Positions 9,171 through 19,684 of a stretch of DNA of 64,000 nt are shown here, in pieces. The DNA is from an uncultured Clostridia bacterium (GTDB taxonomy: Bacteria; Bacillota; Clostridia; Oscillospirales; JAAYOS01), in contig CALXFK010000043.1 in assembly GCA_944387575.1 (NCBI GenBank), forward strand, positions 3,892 through 67,891, in the 5' to 3' direction. The translations under genes were made by a program, and so were the position numbers. The notes beneath the pieces were generated by a model. The model searched no databases, was not told the origin of the DNA, and worked only from the letters and a program-made list of their open reading frames with translations. Position 1 is the first letter of the stretch; each line of letters begins with the position of its first letter.

Positions 9171-10931
9171 CTAGTCAAGTGCCAGATCTACCGGGATATA
9201 TTTCTCCTCGCCTCCGTATATGTACCGGTCTCCGCACATAAGGTCGTACTCAATGAGCCGCATGACCTCAGAATAGTCCTCATCGTCCGAAAGACGCTGA
9301 TGGACCTTGGTCATTACGCCATTTGCAAATCCCGCATGCTCAAGCACTACCGCCGAGAGCTGATACGAATTCAGATCCCTGCCCTGCTCCGGCTCGGCGT
9401 AGTTGGTCCAGATAACATACTCGGTCGTAAACTCGTTGCCCTTAGTTAGATCCTCCGCCGTAAGCGACAAATCCGGCATGTGATCCCCAAACATGACCAG
9501 CATCACCGGCTCGTCATAGCTTTCAAGATACTCCACAAGTTCACCAAGGAACATATCCGTCTCGTAAAGCTGGTTTACATAATATTCAACGCTTGCCAAT
9601 TGTTCAGGGTCCTCGATACCGCTTACCGTTACATGGCGTTCGTATTCTATCGGTTCGGTTGGATATTTTCCGTGTTCCTGGACGCTTATGCCGTAGACGA
9701 AGTCACGCCCGTCGCTCTCGCTCAGCACCCGTTTGATCTCGTCGAGCAGAGCGATGTCGCGTGCCCAGCCAAGTTCGTTGTATTCAACGTTTTCCATCTG
9801 TTCAAGCGCGGTAAACTCCTCAAATCCCAGGTTTCCGAACACCGTCTCACGCGCGTAGAAATCGCGCTCGAAATTGTGGATGACCGACGCGCGGTATCCG
9901 CGCTCACGGAGGTTGTACGCGATGCTCTCGCAGGTGTCTGAGCGGAGGTATGTGTTGTACGGGTATTCGCCCGGAGCGAAGTAGTCGAGGCTCATTCCGG
10001 TGAGAACCTCGAACTCGGTGCTTATTGTGCCTCCGTCCGCCGTCGGCACCGTCAGCATACCGCTTTCATACTCCTCCCGAAGCTTTGAGAACACCGGGAC
10101 GGGGTCGGTCGAATATTCGGCGCCCTTGATATTCTTGGCGTCAAAAAAGCTTTCGAGCTGTAGCATAATTATGTTTGGGGAATCGACCGCGCACGGTGTC
10201 GCCGCGTCGTCGTTCTCTATGTCGATGCGCTCCGCAAATGCGGCTATGCCCTCCTCCGAATAGTCCTCCGGGCGACGTATGCCCTTGTTGAAGAGGCTCA
10301 TCGAGAAGCTGTACGGGAATCCGTATTTGTCGTAACCCTCAACGAGGTTCGGAGAAATGTTGACGTCGCGCAATCCCGTAAACAGCGTAACCGCGATTAT
10401 CACGGCGCTCACACCTATCCCGAGAGCCGCCGAAAGGTAATCCGGCTCGGATTTGGGCAGGCGTTTGAACATGAATATGCTTCCGACCACTACTGCGACC
10501 GCAAGCAGAACAATGCCCATTATTTGCCACACCGAGAAATAGAGCGGCATTATTACGATGGTTTCAGGCACAAGTAGAATGTCCGACGCCGCAAACGGAA
10601 GCGTTCGCGAGGTGAGAATAACACAGTTTACCACCCCGAGTGCCACCCATATAAACCCCGTGATTATGGCAACGAACAGGCTACGCCTGAAGAATACCGA
10701 TATACAAAGCGTAGCGAATATGATGAGCGCATTGAACAGGAACATCGCGGGCGAGTTCCACAGGAAGCTGCACGCATCCACAAACGAAAACCGGCTCAGC
10801 ACCTCTATGAAAAATTCAATTATAACCGAGATGGCAGCAAGCACAGAAAACCGCACCAGAGTTTTCTGAATACCGAATTTTCGACCTGAAGATGTTTCAA
10901 TCTCGCGCTTATGTAGTTTAATTGTATCCAT
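9171..10931 (-). CDS. LTA synthase / sulfatase-family membrane protein (phosphoglycerol-transferase-like)
   Basis: Five-TM N-terminal region, then an extracellular sulfatase fold (NIIMLQLESFFD..., MFGDHMP). The start at MDTIKLHK (10931) is preferred over the ORF-track start at 11015. Confidence 0.8.
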   Translation of the reverse strand: MDTIKLHKREIETSSGRKFGIQKTLVRFSVLAAISVIIEFFIEVLSRFSFVDACSFLWNSPAMFLFNALIIFATLCISVFFRRSLFVAIITGFIWVALGVVNCVILTSRTLPFAASDILLVPETIVIMPLYFSVWQIMGIVLLAVAVVVGSIFMFKRLPKSEPDYLSAALGIGVSAVIIAVTLFTGLRDVNISPNLVEGYDKYGFPYSFSMSLFNKGIRRPEDYSEEGIAAFAERIDIENDDAATPCAVDSPNIIMLQLESFFDAKNIKGAEYSTDPVPVFSKLREEYESGMLTVPTADGGTISTEFEVLTGMSLDYFAPGEYPYNTYLRSDTCESIAYNLRERGYRASVIHNFERDFYARETVFGNLGFEEFTALEQMENVEYNELGWARDIALLDEIKRVLSESDGRDFVYGISVQEHGKYPTEPIEYERHVTVSGIEDPEQLASVEYYVNQLYETDMFLGELVEYLESYDEPVMLVMFGDHMPDLSLTAEDLTKGNEFTTEYVIWTNYAEPEQGRDLNSYQLSAVVLEHAGFANGVMTKVHQRLSDDEDYSEVMRLIEYDLMCGDRYIYGGEEKYIPVDLALD

Positions 10932-11116
10932 AGACAAAACACTCTCAAAAACAAAATCTAAGCTATTATACACTCGAACCTTAAAACATTCTATAAACAA
11001 ATAATAAAAAAACACGTAATTCTAATGCTAATTTTTGTAGGTCATAGCAGCAAAGTCGTGAACCTTCCGGTTCACGGCTCCAACTGATCATAGTTCAGTA
11101 TGTTTTACGACAGGCA

Positions 11117-11590
11117 TCATTGAGAAAACGCATTTTTAAATGCACTCATGATCATGTCACGGTCAAACGGTTTATATACGAATCCCTTTGCGCCAATATT
11201 GTTTGCCTCTTTTATCGCGTCGTCGTACGCAAGAGAGGAAACCATTATTATCTTTGCATCCGGGTTTGCTGACATGATCAGGCGTGCCGTGTCCAGACCA
11301 TCCATGCCTGGCATTATATTAAAGTACTCGGTTGCTGCGTCCTCAACATCCTGTTGTGTCACCTGCTCGGTGTGCAGCACCTTTCTTGCAAGGCGATTAA
11401 ACATCGCAGTGTCCGCAAATAATATCAGAGCATCATCATAACTGCCCTCAAAGGTTGTGTGAACAGTACAGATATCATTTGAAAGTGATGAATCCTGCTC
11501 ATATAGCTGTATCCCAGCGAAACAGCTAGTAATATCCCGCATCGATCTGTTCAATACATTCTCCAACTCACTTTGCACAACCATACTCAC
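11117..11590 (-). CDS. chimeric ORF: CheX-like N-terminal half fused to the C-terminal half of a CheY-type receiver
   Basis: Residues ~40-92 (TVHTTFEGSYDDALILFADTAMFNRLARKVL...DVEDAATEYFNI) follow the CheX pattern, including D-x3-E-x2-N. From NIMPGMDG onward the protein reads as CheY beta3-alpha5 (AKIIMVSS...GAKGFVYKPF). Confidence 0.6.
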   Translation of the reverse strand: MSMVVQSELENVLNRSMRDITSCFAGIQLYEQDSSLSNDICTVHTTFEGSYDDALILFADTAMFNRLARKVLHTEQVTQQDVEDAATEYFNIMPGMDGLDTARLIMSANPDAKIIMVSSLAYDDAIKEANNIGAKGFVYKPFDRDMIMSAFKNAFSQ

Positions 11591-11610
11591 AATTCCACCT
11601 TCCCTCTACC

Positions 11611-12580
11611 TCAGATTTGACCGACAAACCCGTCCACAACCCCGATATTACAGTTCTGTTCCACACTAGAAATGCGTAGTGAGTCATGCCCTATCGTCAC
11701 TGTTGTACCTGGGTATGCCGTGGCACATCGTAAGCGGCAATCGCCATCATATGGAAGCATATTAGCCAAATCCTTGTCAAATATTTCTATTTTCATCTTG
11801 GCTACATATTGATTTAGGCGAAGTTTTGATAATTTTGCCTCAACCGATGGGTCATCACCAAGCCGTTGAAGTCCTTCAATTTTGCGCTGTATTTCTTCTA
11901 TCTCCTTGAGTATCTGCCTGCGCTCCGCCTCTTCACATGGCAGTCCCCCTATAACTATGAGTGTTTGGCGTTCAGCCTTTGATCCAACCGTATTTGCGAA
12001 AACCTCGCGAGACGCGCACAAATTACCGCCGATTACCGCGCAATGACGGGACGCCACATGCTATCGTAAACAGACGAAAATATCTCTGTTCGCATTCGGA
12101 TATTCGCTTGAGCAACTCCCAATCAACACCTGAGGTCACTCCGCGCACTACAAAAAGCTGCTGTAACTGCGTAAGCGTAAGTTCCTTTCCACCGCCAACC
12201 GACGGCAGAAAAAACAACCACGCTGCCATCTCGTCCGATGATACAAATATAAAAGCCTCTTCATCCAGCCGTTTTGGTTGAGCGCCTTTATCCCCGGTCA
12301 GTATTCCTCCCAATTCGCGCATTCTTCTCCACGCCGCACCGGTGAGCAATATTTGCAACCGCTCTATTTCTGCTGAGAGATTACCAACTGGCGGTGTTAC
12401 GTGGATACCTACTTCATCGACCGGGTCCAAATCTATCGAGAGTTCGTTACCCTCCTCACCCAGCCAGAGGTTTCGAAGTATACACAATTCATGGGTAGGC
12501 GGAAACTGAATACTATGTTTTTTGTATCGCTGTTCTCCTCCCCAGCTTTCCATTTGCCGCAATACGCCGCAATTTCCCAT
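11611..12580 (-). pseudogene. FapA/DUF342-family gene split into two overlapping frames (N-part 12023-12580, C-part 11611-12057)
   Basis: The N-ORF carries the DUF342 N-domain (IFVSSDEMAAWLFFLPSVGGGKELT...GVTSGVDWELL). The C-ORF carries the end of the beta-helix, a coiled coil and the C-terminus (IGGNLCASREVFANTVGS...LIVIG...TVTIG). The frames differ and overlap by 35 nt, and the total is well short of typical DUF342 length. Confidence 0.6.
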
Positions 12581-12723
12581 ACCTACTTTTTATATCGTCC
12601 AAAACACCATTAAATTAACAGTTTAAACAACGAGATATTAAAAATTTTTATTCGCTTTGTAGTTTTTGATTACATGCAGAATATGTAGAAAGTAATTCAC
12701 ACTCAACTCCTTTTTTGAAAAGG

Positions 12724-12752
12724 CAAAAAAACACCAGCCGTAAGGCTGGTGT
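12724..12752 (-). terminator. terminator of the tRNA operon
   Basis: Minus strand reads ACACCAGCC-UUAC-GGCUGGUGU followed by UUUUUUU. Confidence 0.7.
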
Positions 12753-12826
12753 TGGAGGCGCCACCCGGAATCGAACCGGGGATCAAGGCTTTGCAGGCCC
12801 GCGCCTTACCGCTTGGCTATGGCGCC
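12753..12826 (-). tRNA. tRNA-Cys (GCA)
   Basis: RC reads GGCGCCATAGCCAAGCGGTAAGGC...CTGCAAA...GGTTCGATTCCGGGTGGCGCCTCCA, with discriminator U and an encoded CCA. Confidence 0.9.
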
Positions 12827-12877
12827 ACATCACACTATATACTATTCAATCAAAGATGGGAATATGCTATCCGGTAA

Positions 12878-12907
12878 GTTTGGCATGCGCATCAGCGCAT
12901 GCCAAAC
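12878..12907 (-). other. perfect 13-bp stem-loop in the tRNA-Phe/tRNA-Cys spacer
   Basis: gtttggcatgcgc / atca / gcgcatgccaaac. No clear U-run follows on the transcribed strand. Confidence 0.5.
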
Positions 12908-12911
12908 CTGA

Positions 12912-12987
12912 TGGTGCCTCCGGGCGGAATCGAACCACCGACACGGGGATTTTCAGTCCCCTGCTCTACCTACTGAGCTACAGAGGC
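12912..12987 (-). tRNA. tRNA-Phe (GAA)
   Basis: RC reads GCCTCTGTAGCTCAGTAGGTAGAGC AGGGGACTGAAAATCCCC ...GGTTCGATTCCGCCCGGAGGCACCA. Confidence 0.9.
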
Positions 12988-12992
12988 AAATA

Positions 12993-13070
12993 TGGCGACC
13001 CGGATGGGGCTCGAACCCACGACCTCTAGCGTGACAGGCTAGCGTTCTAAACCGACTGAACTACCGGGCC
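12993..13070 (-). tRNA. tRNA-Asp (GTC)
   Basis: RC reads GGCCCGGTAGTTCAGTCGGTTTAGAAC GCTAGCCTGTCACGCTAGA ...GGTTCGAGCCCCATCCGGGTCGCCA. Confidence 0.9.
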
Positions 13071-13076
13071 ATAACC

Positions 13077-13152
13077 TGGTGGGAACAACAGGGCTCGAAC
13101 CTGTGACCCCATGCTTGTAAGGCATGTGCTCTCCCAGCTGAGCTATGCTCCC
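13077..13152 (-). tRNA. tRNA-Val (TAC)
   Basis: RC reads GGGAGCATAGCTCAGCTGGGAGAGC ACATGCCTTACAAGCATG ...GGTTCGAGCCCTGTTGTTCCCACCA. Confidence 0.9.
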
Positions 13153-13203
13153 ATATCCCATAAGAACACTTTGTCGAAGACGCTGTGCCGTGAGACGTTT
13201 GCT

Positions 13204-13232
13204 ATTATATCTAACCCGAGGCGACTTGTCAA
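13204..13232 (-). promoter_or_regulatory. consensus sigma-A promoter of the tRNA Val-Asp-Phe-Cys operon
   Basis: Minus strand reads TTGACA - 17 nt - TATAAT (both hexamers perfect), preceded by an AT-rich UP-like tract. It lies about 50 nt upstream of tRNA-Val. Confidence 0.65.
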
Positions 13233-13295
13233 CACTTATTTTTCAATAATCCAAAATTTTTCCCTCGCCCCCCAAATCCTGCCGCCCACATCTTG

Positions 13296-13802
13296 CTATC
13301 CGAGCAGTATCGCAAGCGCCGCCCCGCCGCAGATGCCGAGCGTAACGTACACCCGTCCCATTGCCCTGTTCTGCTCGTGCGCCGCGCGGTATATCCCCTC
13401 CAGGCGCTCTGTGAGCTCGTCAAACGCATCTTTCTGCTCCTGCTGGTCGTACCTGCCTATCACCGGTGCAAGCGCGTACAGAGCCTCCAGAGCCTCACCA
13501 CGCAGATTCCCGCTGCTGAGCGCCTCCCTCCAGCAGTCAGGCGCGTTCTCATATCCGCGCTCCGCCCCAAGCCGCTCAAACTTAGCAAGAAACGCGCAGG
13601 ACGGAAATTCCGCACGTACTCGGCTCACCGCCGCAGGCAACGGACTGAGCCTGCCGCAAATTTCCCTACGCAGCGCAGCTGCGACCCCTTTAGCCTCGAG
13701 TATTCTCCGCACCGCCGCAGACTTCTCCCACGCCGCAGATACCCCTAAAAACAGACCGGTCGCAGAAACAATCGCTCCCCCGAGTATACTTACCGTCACC
13801 AT
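13296..13802 (-). CDS. spoIIIAB: stage III sporulation protein AB
   Basis: 168 aa with N- and C-terminal TM segments. It sits immediately after, and overlaps, spoIIIAA. The central helical region (LPAAV...CW..AL...L..E...AL..LA..IG.YD) is typical of SpoIIIAB. Confidence 0.8.
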   Translation of the reverse strand: MVTVSILGGAIVSATGLFLGVSAAWEKSAAVRRILEAKGVAAALRREICGRLSPLPAAVSRVRAEFPSCAFLAKFERLGAERGYENAPDCWREALSSGNLRGEALEALYALAPVIGRYDQQEQKDAFDELTERLEGIYRAAHEQNRAMGRVYVTLGICGGAALAILLG

Positions 13803-14701
13803 GAACCCTCCTCAAGTAGATAGCGCCGCCGCCCATCCGCGCGCCGCTCTATGACAACACGGCGTTCAAATATGCGCTCTATCCCCTCGTGCCCTCGCCT
13901 TCTGCGCAGTTCTCCGGTACACGAGGCGTGGATAGTCGCATACAGCGCGACCCCACAGTATGCGATCTTCTCCGCCGCTGCAATGTCAGCCGGGTCGGTT
14001 ATCTCGTCCATCGCAATCACCGCCGGGGACATGGTGCGCAGAAGCATCAGCGCCCCCTCCGCCTTTGGTGCGCCGCAGAGTACGTCGGTCTGTCCTCCAA
14101 GGTCAAATGACGGCGTGTTTGGGTCGTCCCCCCAACCAGAGATCTCCTTGCGTTCGTCTGCGACTCCCACGCGCAGTCCACCCTCAGATATAAGCCGCAC
14201 CAGGTCACGAAGAAGCGAAGTCTTGCCAACTCCAGGTGGCGCAATTATCAAAGTCGAACGCAGAAGTCCTCCCGAGACAAATCGTTTGTAAAGCTCTGTC
14301 CCTATACCCTTGAGTTCCTTTGAAATTCGCACCGAGACCGATGTAAAGCTCCGCATTCCACATATCTGCCCGTTTTCAACTATCGCGGTTCCACACACCC
14401 CTACTCGGTGTCCACCCGGCGCGGTGACAAAACCACGGGCGATGCTGTCGCTCACACTGTGCAGTGAGCCCTGCGCCGCCCGTGCAACCGTATCCAGGAT
14501 ATCGTCCTGTGAAGCTCCACGCTGTAAAGATATTTCCTTTCCGGCGATCACCGCCGACAAACCGAATACCACCCGCAGGCGGAGTTCTTCCACGGCAGAT
14601 TTCTGTTCAGTTGAAAGTGCGCGTGCTGCCGCCCTGAACTTTGTGGGAAGCAGCATTACAGCCTGTTCAAATCTTGTTTCGAGGTCACACATTGAAAGCA
14701 C
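13796..14701 (-). CDS. spoIIIAA: stage III sporulation protein AA (AAA-type ATPase)
   Basis: Walker A IIAPPGVGKTSLLRDL, Walker B VIAMDEI, about 300 aa, followed by spoIIIAB. Confidence 0.85.
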   Translation of the reverse strand: MLSMCDLETRFEQAVMLLPTKFRAAARALSTEQKSAVEELRLRVVFGLSAVIAGKEISLQRGASQDDILDTVARAAQGSLHSVSDSIARGFVTAPGGHRVGVCGTAIVENGQICGMRSFTSVSVRISKELKGIGTELYKRFVSGGLLRSTLIIAPPGVGKTSLLRDLVRLISEGGLRVGVADERKEISGWGDDPNTPSFDLGGQTDVLCGAPKAEGALMLLRTMSPAVIAMDEITDPADIAAAEKIAYCGVALYATIHASCTGELRRRRGHEGIERIFERRVVIERRADGRRRYLLEEGSW

Positions 14702-14749
14702 GTCCTTTCAATGTCATGTATACGCGCTTTGCCCACCGGAAATACCTGC

Positions 14750-16738
<1,989 letters not shown>

Positions 16739-16774
16739 TCAACTTCTCCGATTTTCTGACCGGGACATCGCGCA

Positions 16775-17554
16775 TCACTGCGGTTCGGTGTACTCACCGC
16801 TGCCGTCCAGGTCGAAGTTTCCGTATATGTCCATTCCTGACTGACCAGTGTCCTCGAGGTAGGTGTACGATCCCGGGACCTTACCCACGATTATCGTCTC
16901 CGCAACCCCCACCGAGGTACTGACCTCGGTATCAGCCGAGAATCCGGGCAACAGCGCCCCGATGTTCACCGTGACTTTGAGCATCAGGCGGTGTTTTGTC
17001 TGATTTATTCCCGAGGTCAGCATTACGCTCTCGAACTCGGTGTCCACCGTCCCTACCGGGACGAGGATGACCGGTATATCGGGACCGCGTCCGCTGAACA
17101 GTTCGCTTGGAAACAGGTTTCCTAGCGGTATCGAGAGCTCGGAGCTGTCAAGCGAGTTTATCCGCTCTATTACAAGACCAGAAACCTCGGCTTTCAGCCG
17201 GTTTATTGCGACCATGTTGGTTCGGAGGGCGGAGACATTTCCGGTCGCGTCGGTGTCGAGCGACACGAGGTCATCGTACTCGGTCCCTTCTCCCGCCACC
17301 ACTTCGTCTATTACATCGTTTATGATAGTTCCCGCGAGATAATTTATCCGTGCGACCGCGAGACTTTCTGTGACCTCCTTTAGGTTGTTTGCGGCTATGT
17401 AAACGAGCACACCGGCTGCCGCTGCCACGAGCGCCAGTTTGAACAGCAGTGCGTGTCTTCTGCCGGACGACGGTCGGGACGCGCGGGGATTTACCCGCTT
17501 TCTCCGCCTTCCAAGCACCATCCTGCGTCTTATCCACACCCGCAGACTGACCAT
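16775..17554 (-). CDS. yunB: sporulation protein YunB
   Basis: Pattern ...IINDVIDEV...LVSLDTDATGNVSALRTNMVAINRLKAEV...IPLG...G...PV...GTV is typical of YunB. The ATG at 17554 sits behind GGAGG, and the ORF-track N-extension is unlikely. Confidence 0.8.
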   Translation of the reverse strand: MVSLRVWIRRRMVLGRRRKRVNPRASRPSSGRRHALLFKLALVAAAAGVLVYIAANNLKEVTESLAVARINYLAGTIINDVIDEVVAGEGTEYDDLVSLDTDATGNVSALRTNMVAINRLKAEVSGLVIERINSLDSSELSIPLGNLFPSELFSGRGPDIPVILVPVGTVDTEFESVMLTSGINQTKHRLMLKVTVNIGALLPGFSADTEVSTSVGVAETIIVGKVPGSYTYLEDTGQSGMDIYGNFDLDGSGEYTEPQ

Positions 17555-17664
17555 TGGCACGCCTCCAAACGGGAGTTTAGCACTAATAATATGCCCGAGT
17601 GCATGAGTATATTCCATGCATATCGTGCCAATATAATAAAAATTCTGTATGGAGGAGCCACGAA

Positions 17665-18342
17665 ATGCAGACGGCATTTTTCCGTTCGATAATATTGTAT
17701 ATCGTTGTTGTGATAGTGATGCGGCTTATGGGCAAGCGCCAGCTAGGTGAACTTGAACCGAGCGAGTTTGCAGTCACGGTGATGATAAGCGAGCTTGCCA
17801 CTATCCCGATGCAGGACTCGGACATTCCCCTGCTTCACGGAATCATCCCGATACTTGCAATAATAAGTCTTGAATTTATAATGACGTTTTTGTCGCTTAA
17901 AAGCATCCGTTTCCGCACCTTTTCCTGTGGAAAACCGAGCATACTCATACGCGAGGGAACCATCGACCAGAAGGAACTCAAACGTGTACGCATATCGATA
18001 GATGAGCTTATGAGCGCACTTAGAAATAAGAACGCGACCGATATCTCAAAGATAAGGTACGCAATACTTGAGCCAGGCGGGCAGCTCAGCGTCATAAACT
18101 ACGAGGACTCGAGCCCTGTCACCCCCAAAATGCTCGACCTGTACCCCAACGAAGCAGGTATTCCATTTACGTTGATAAGCGACGGGAATTTTATTGAGAG
18201 CAACCTCGAGCGGCGCGGTGTCGACCGAGATTGGGTCAAGCACTGGTTGAGGCGCCATGGCAAACCCGAGCCGGGCAAAATTTTTCTTCTCACGCTCGAC
18301 GATGCCGGAAACGTCTTTTGTGTGGAAAGGAACACCAAATGA
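17665..18342 (+). CDS. DUF421 (YetF-like) membrane protein
   Basis: MRLMGKRQLGELEPSEFAVTVMIS motif plus the C-terminal soluble domain (ILIREGTIDQKELKRVRISIDELMSALR). RBS is GGAGGAG. Confidence 0.8.
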   Translation: MQTAFFRSIILYIVVVIVMRLMGKRQLGELEPSEFAVTVMISELATIPMQDSDIPLLHGIIPILAIISLEFIMTFLSLKSIRFRTFSCGKPSILIREGTIDQKELKRVRISIDELMSALRNKNATDISKIRYAILEPGGQLSVINYEDSSPVTPKMLDLYPNEAGIPFTLISDGNFIESNLERRGVDRDWVKHWLRRHGKPEPGKIFLLTLDDAGNVFCVERNTK

Positions 18343-18734
18343 AGTACTTTATAGCGGGAATAATCATTCTCTGTCTTGTCCTCGTACTTTGTACGCTGAA
18401 TCAGCGACTCGAAACAAACTGGCTCACCGAAATACAGTTGCTTCTGGAGGAGACACGACGCAGCATCGTCATCGATGACCGGGATGCGGCACTCTCGCTC
18501 GTCGAAACCGCAAACGACCTCTGGCAGAAACGGAGTGAGTACTTCTCTACCGTGCTCGTCTGCGACCACGTAAACGAGCTGAACCATACACTTTCGCTCG
18601 CGCTCGACTCGCTTTACAGAGGAAGCGACAGCGCTGCGGACTCGGTCACGCAGGCACTGTCGCTCGTTGAAACGATTATTTCAGGCGAACAGCTCTCGCT
18701 GAAGAACATCCTCGCTATTTCGTGCCGTCGCTAA
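18339..18734 (+). CDS. DUF4363-family protein
   Basis: Small N-terminally anchored helical protein whose start overlaps the DUF421 stop (ATGA). This is the usual DUF421/DUF4363 pairing. Confidence 0.7.
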   Translation: MKYFIAGIIILCLVLVLCTLNQRLETNWLTEIQLLLEETRRSIVIDDRDAALSLVETANDLWQKRSEYFSTVLVCDHVNELNHTLSLALDSLYRGSDSAADSVTQALSLVETIISGEQLSLKNILAISCRR

Positions 18735-19647
18735 GCAGCTCCTTGACCGAGGTGGCAAGCCCGGCTATTCCCTGGATCTCTGACGGAATGATTATCTTGG
18801 TAGCCTTACCGTCCGCAATAGTCGTGAACGCCTCGAGCGCCTTGAGCTTTATCACCTGCTCACCGGGAGCGGACTCGTTGAGCAGTTTGAGCGAGTCGGC
18901 GAGCGCCTGGTTGACCTTGAGTATTGCCTGTGCCTCGCCCTCCGCCTCGAGGATCTGCTGTTCCTTTTTAGCTTCGGCGCGCAGTATCGCGGACTCCTTC
19001 TCGCCCTCGGCGACAAGTATCGCGGACTTCTTCTCGCCCTCGGCACGCAGTATCGACTCGCGGCGCTCGCGCTCCGCCTTCATCTGTTTCTCCATCGCGT
19101 CTTGTATCTCGCGCGGAGGCATAATATTCTTCAGCTCGACACGGTTGACGCGGATACCCCATGGGTCGGTCGCGACGTCGAGGATAGTGCGCATTTTGGT
19201 GTTGATGATGTCACGCGAAGTGAGCGTCTGGTCGAGCTCGAGCTCGCCGATAATATTACGCAGAGTAGTAGCGGTAAGGTTCTCGATGGCGCTCATCGGC
19301 TGCTCGACACCATACGTATACAGCTTCGGGTCGGTGATCTCGAAGTAGACGACCGTGTCTATCTGCATGGTGACGTTGTCCTTGGTTATGACCGGCTGGG
19401 GCGGGAAATCGACTATCTGCTCCTTGAGCGAGACCCGCTTCGCAATCCTTTCAAAGAACGGCACCTTGACATGGAAGCCGACCCCCCACACCGCGTGGAA
19501 AGCACCGAGTCGCTCCATTACATACGCCTGCGACTGCTTGACTATTACGATATTTGACGCAAGGATTATTATAACGATAAGAACTATTGCGGCGACCGCG
19601 ATTGCACCCCCGGTCAACGACGCTACTAACGGTATAAACATATTCAT
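18715..19647 (-). CDS. SPFH/Band-7 (stomatin-like) protein
   Basis: N-terminal TM, SPFH core (VKQSQAYVMERLG...DNV...D.VVYF.I.DP) and a C-terminal AEGE-rich repeat region. Confidence 0.9.
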   Translation of the reverse strand: MNMFIPLVASLTGGAIAVAAIVLIVIIILASNIVIVKQSQAYVMERLGAFHAVWGVGFHVKVPFFERIAKRVSLKEQIVDFPPQPVITKDNVTMQIDTVVYFEITDPKLYTYGVEQPMSAIENLTATTLRNIIGELELDQTLTSRDIINTKMRTILDVATDPWGIRVNRVELKNIMPPREIQDAMEKQMKAERERRESILRAEGEKKSAILVAEGEKESAILRAEAKKEQQILEAEGEAQAILKVNQALADSLKLLNESAPGEQVIKLKALEAFTTIADGKATKIIIPSEIQGIAGLATSVKELLSDGTK

Positions 19648-19684
19648 CTCCCTTTCTGCCTTATCATACTCGGAACGGCGGGAC

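Noticed and set aside
12715-13854. Plus-strand ORFs of 104 aa and 247 aa
   Set aside because: They run through four tRNA genes and antisense to spoIIIAB, so they are not coding.
18852-19162. Imperfect tandem repeats of about 36 nt, with several stacked small ORFs
   Set aside because: These are the coding repeats of the AEGE-rich C-terminal region of the SPFH protein (ILRAEGEKKSAI / LVAEGEKESAI ...). They are not a CRISPR array or satellite.
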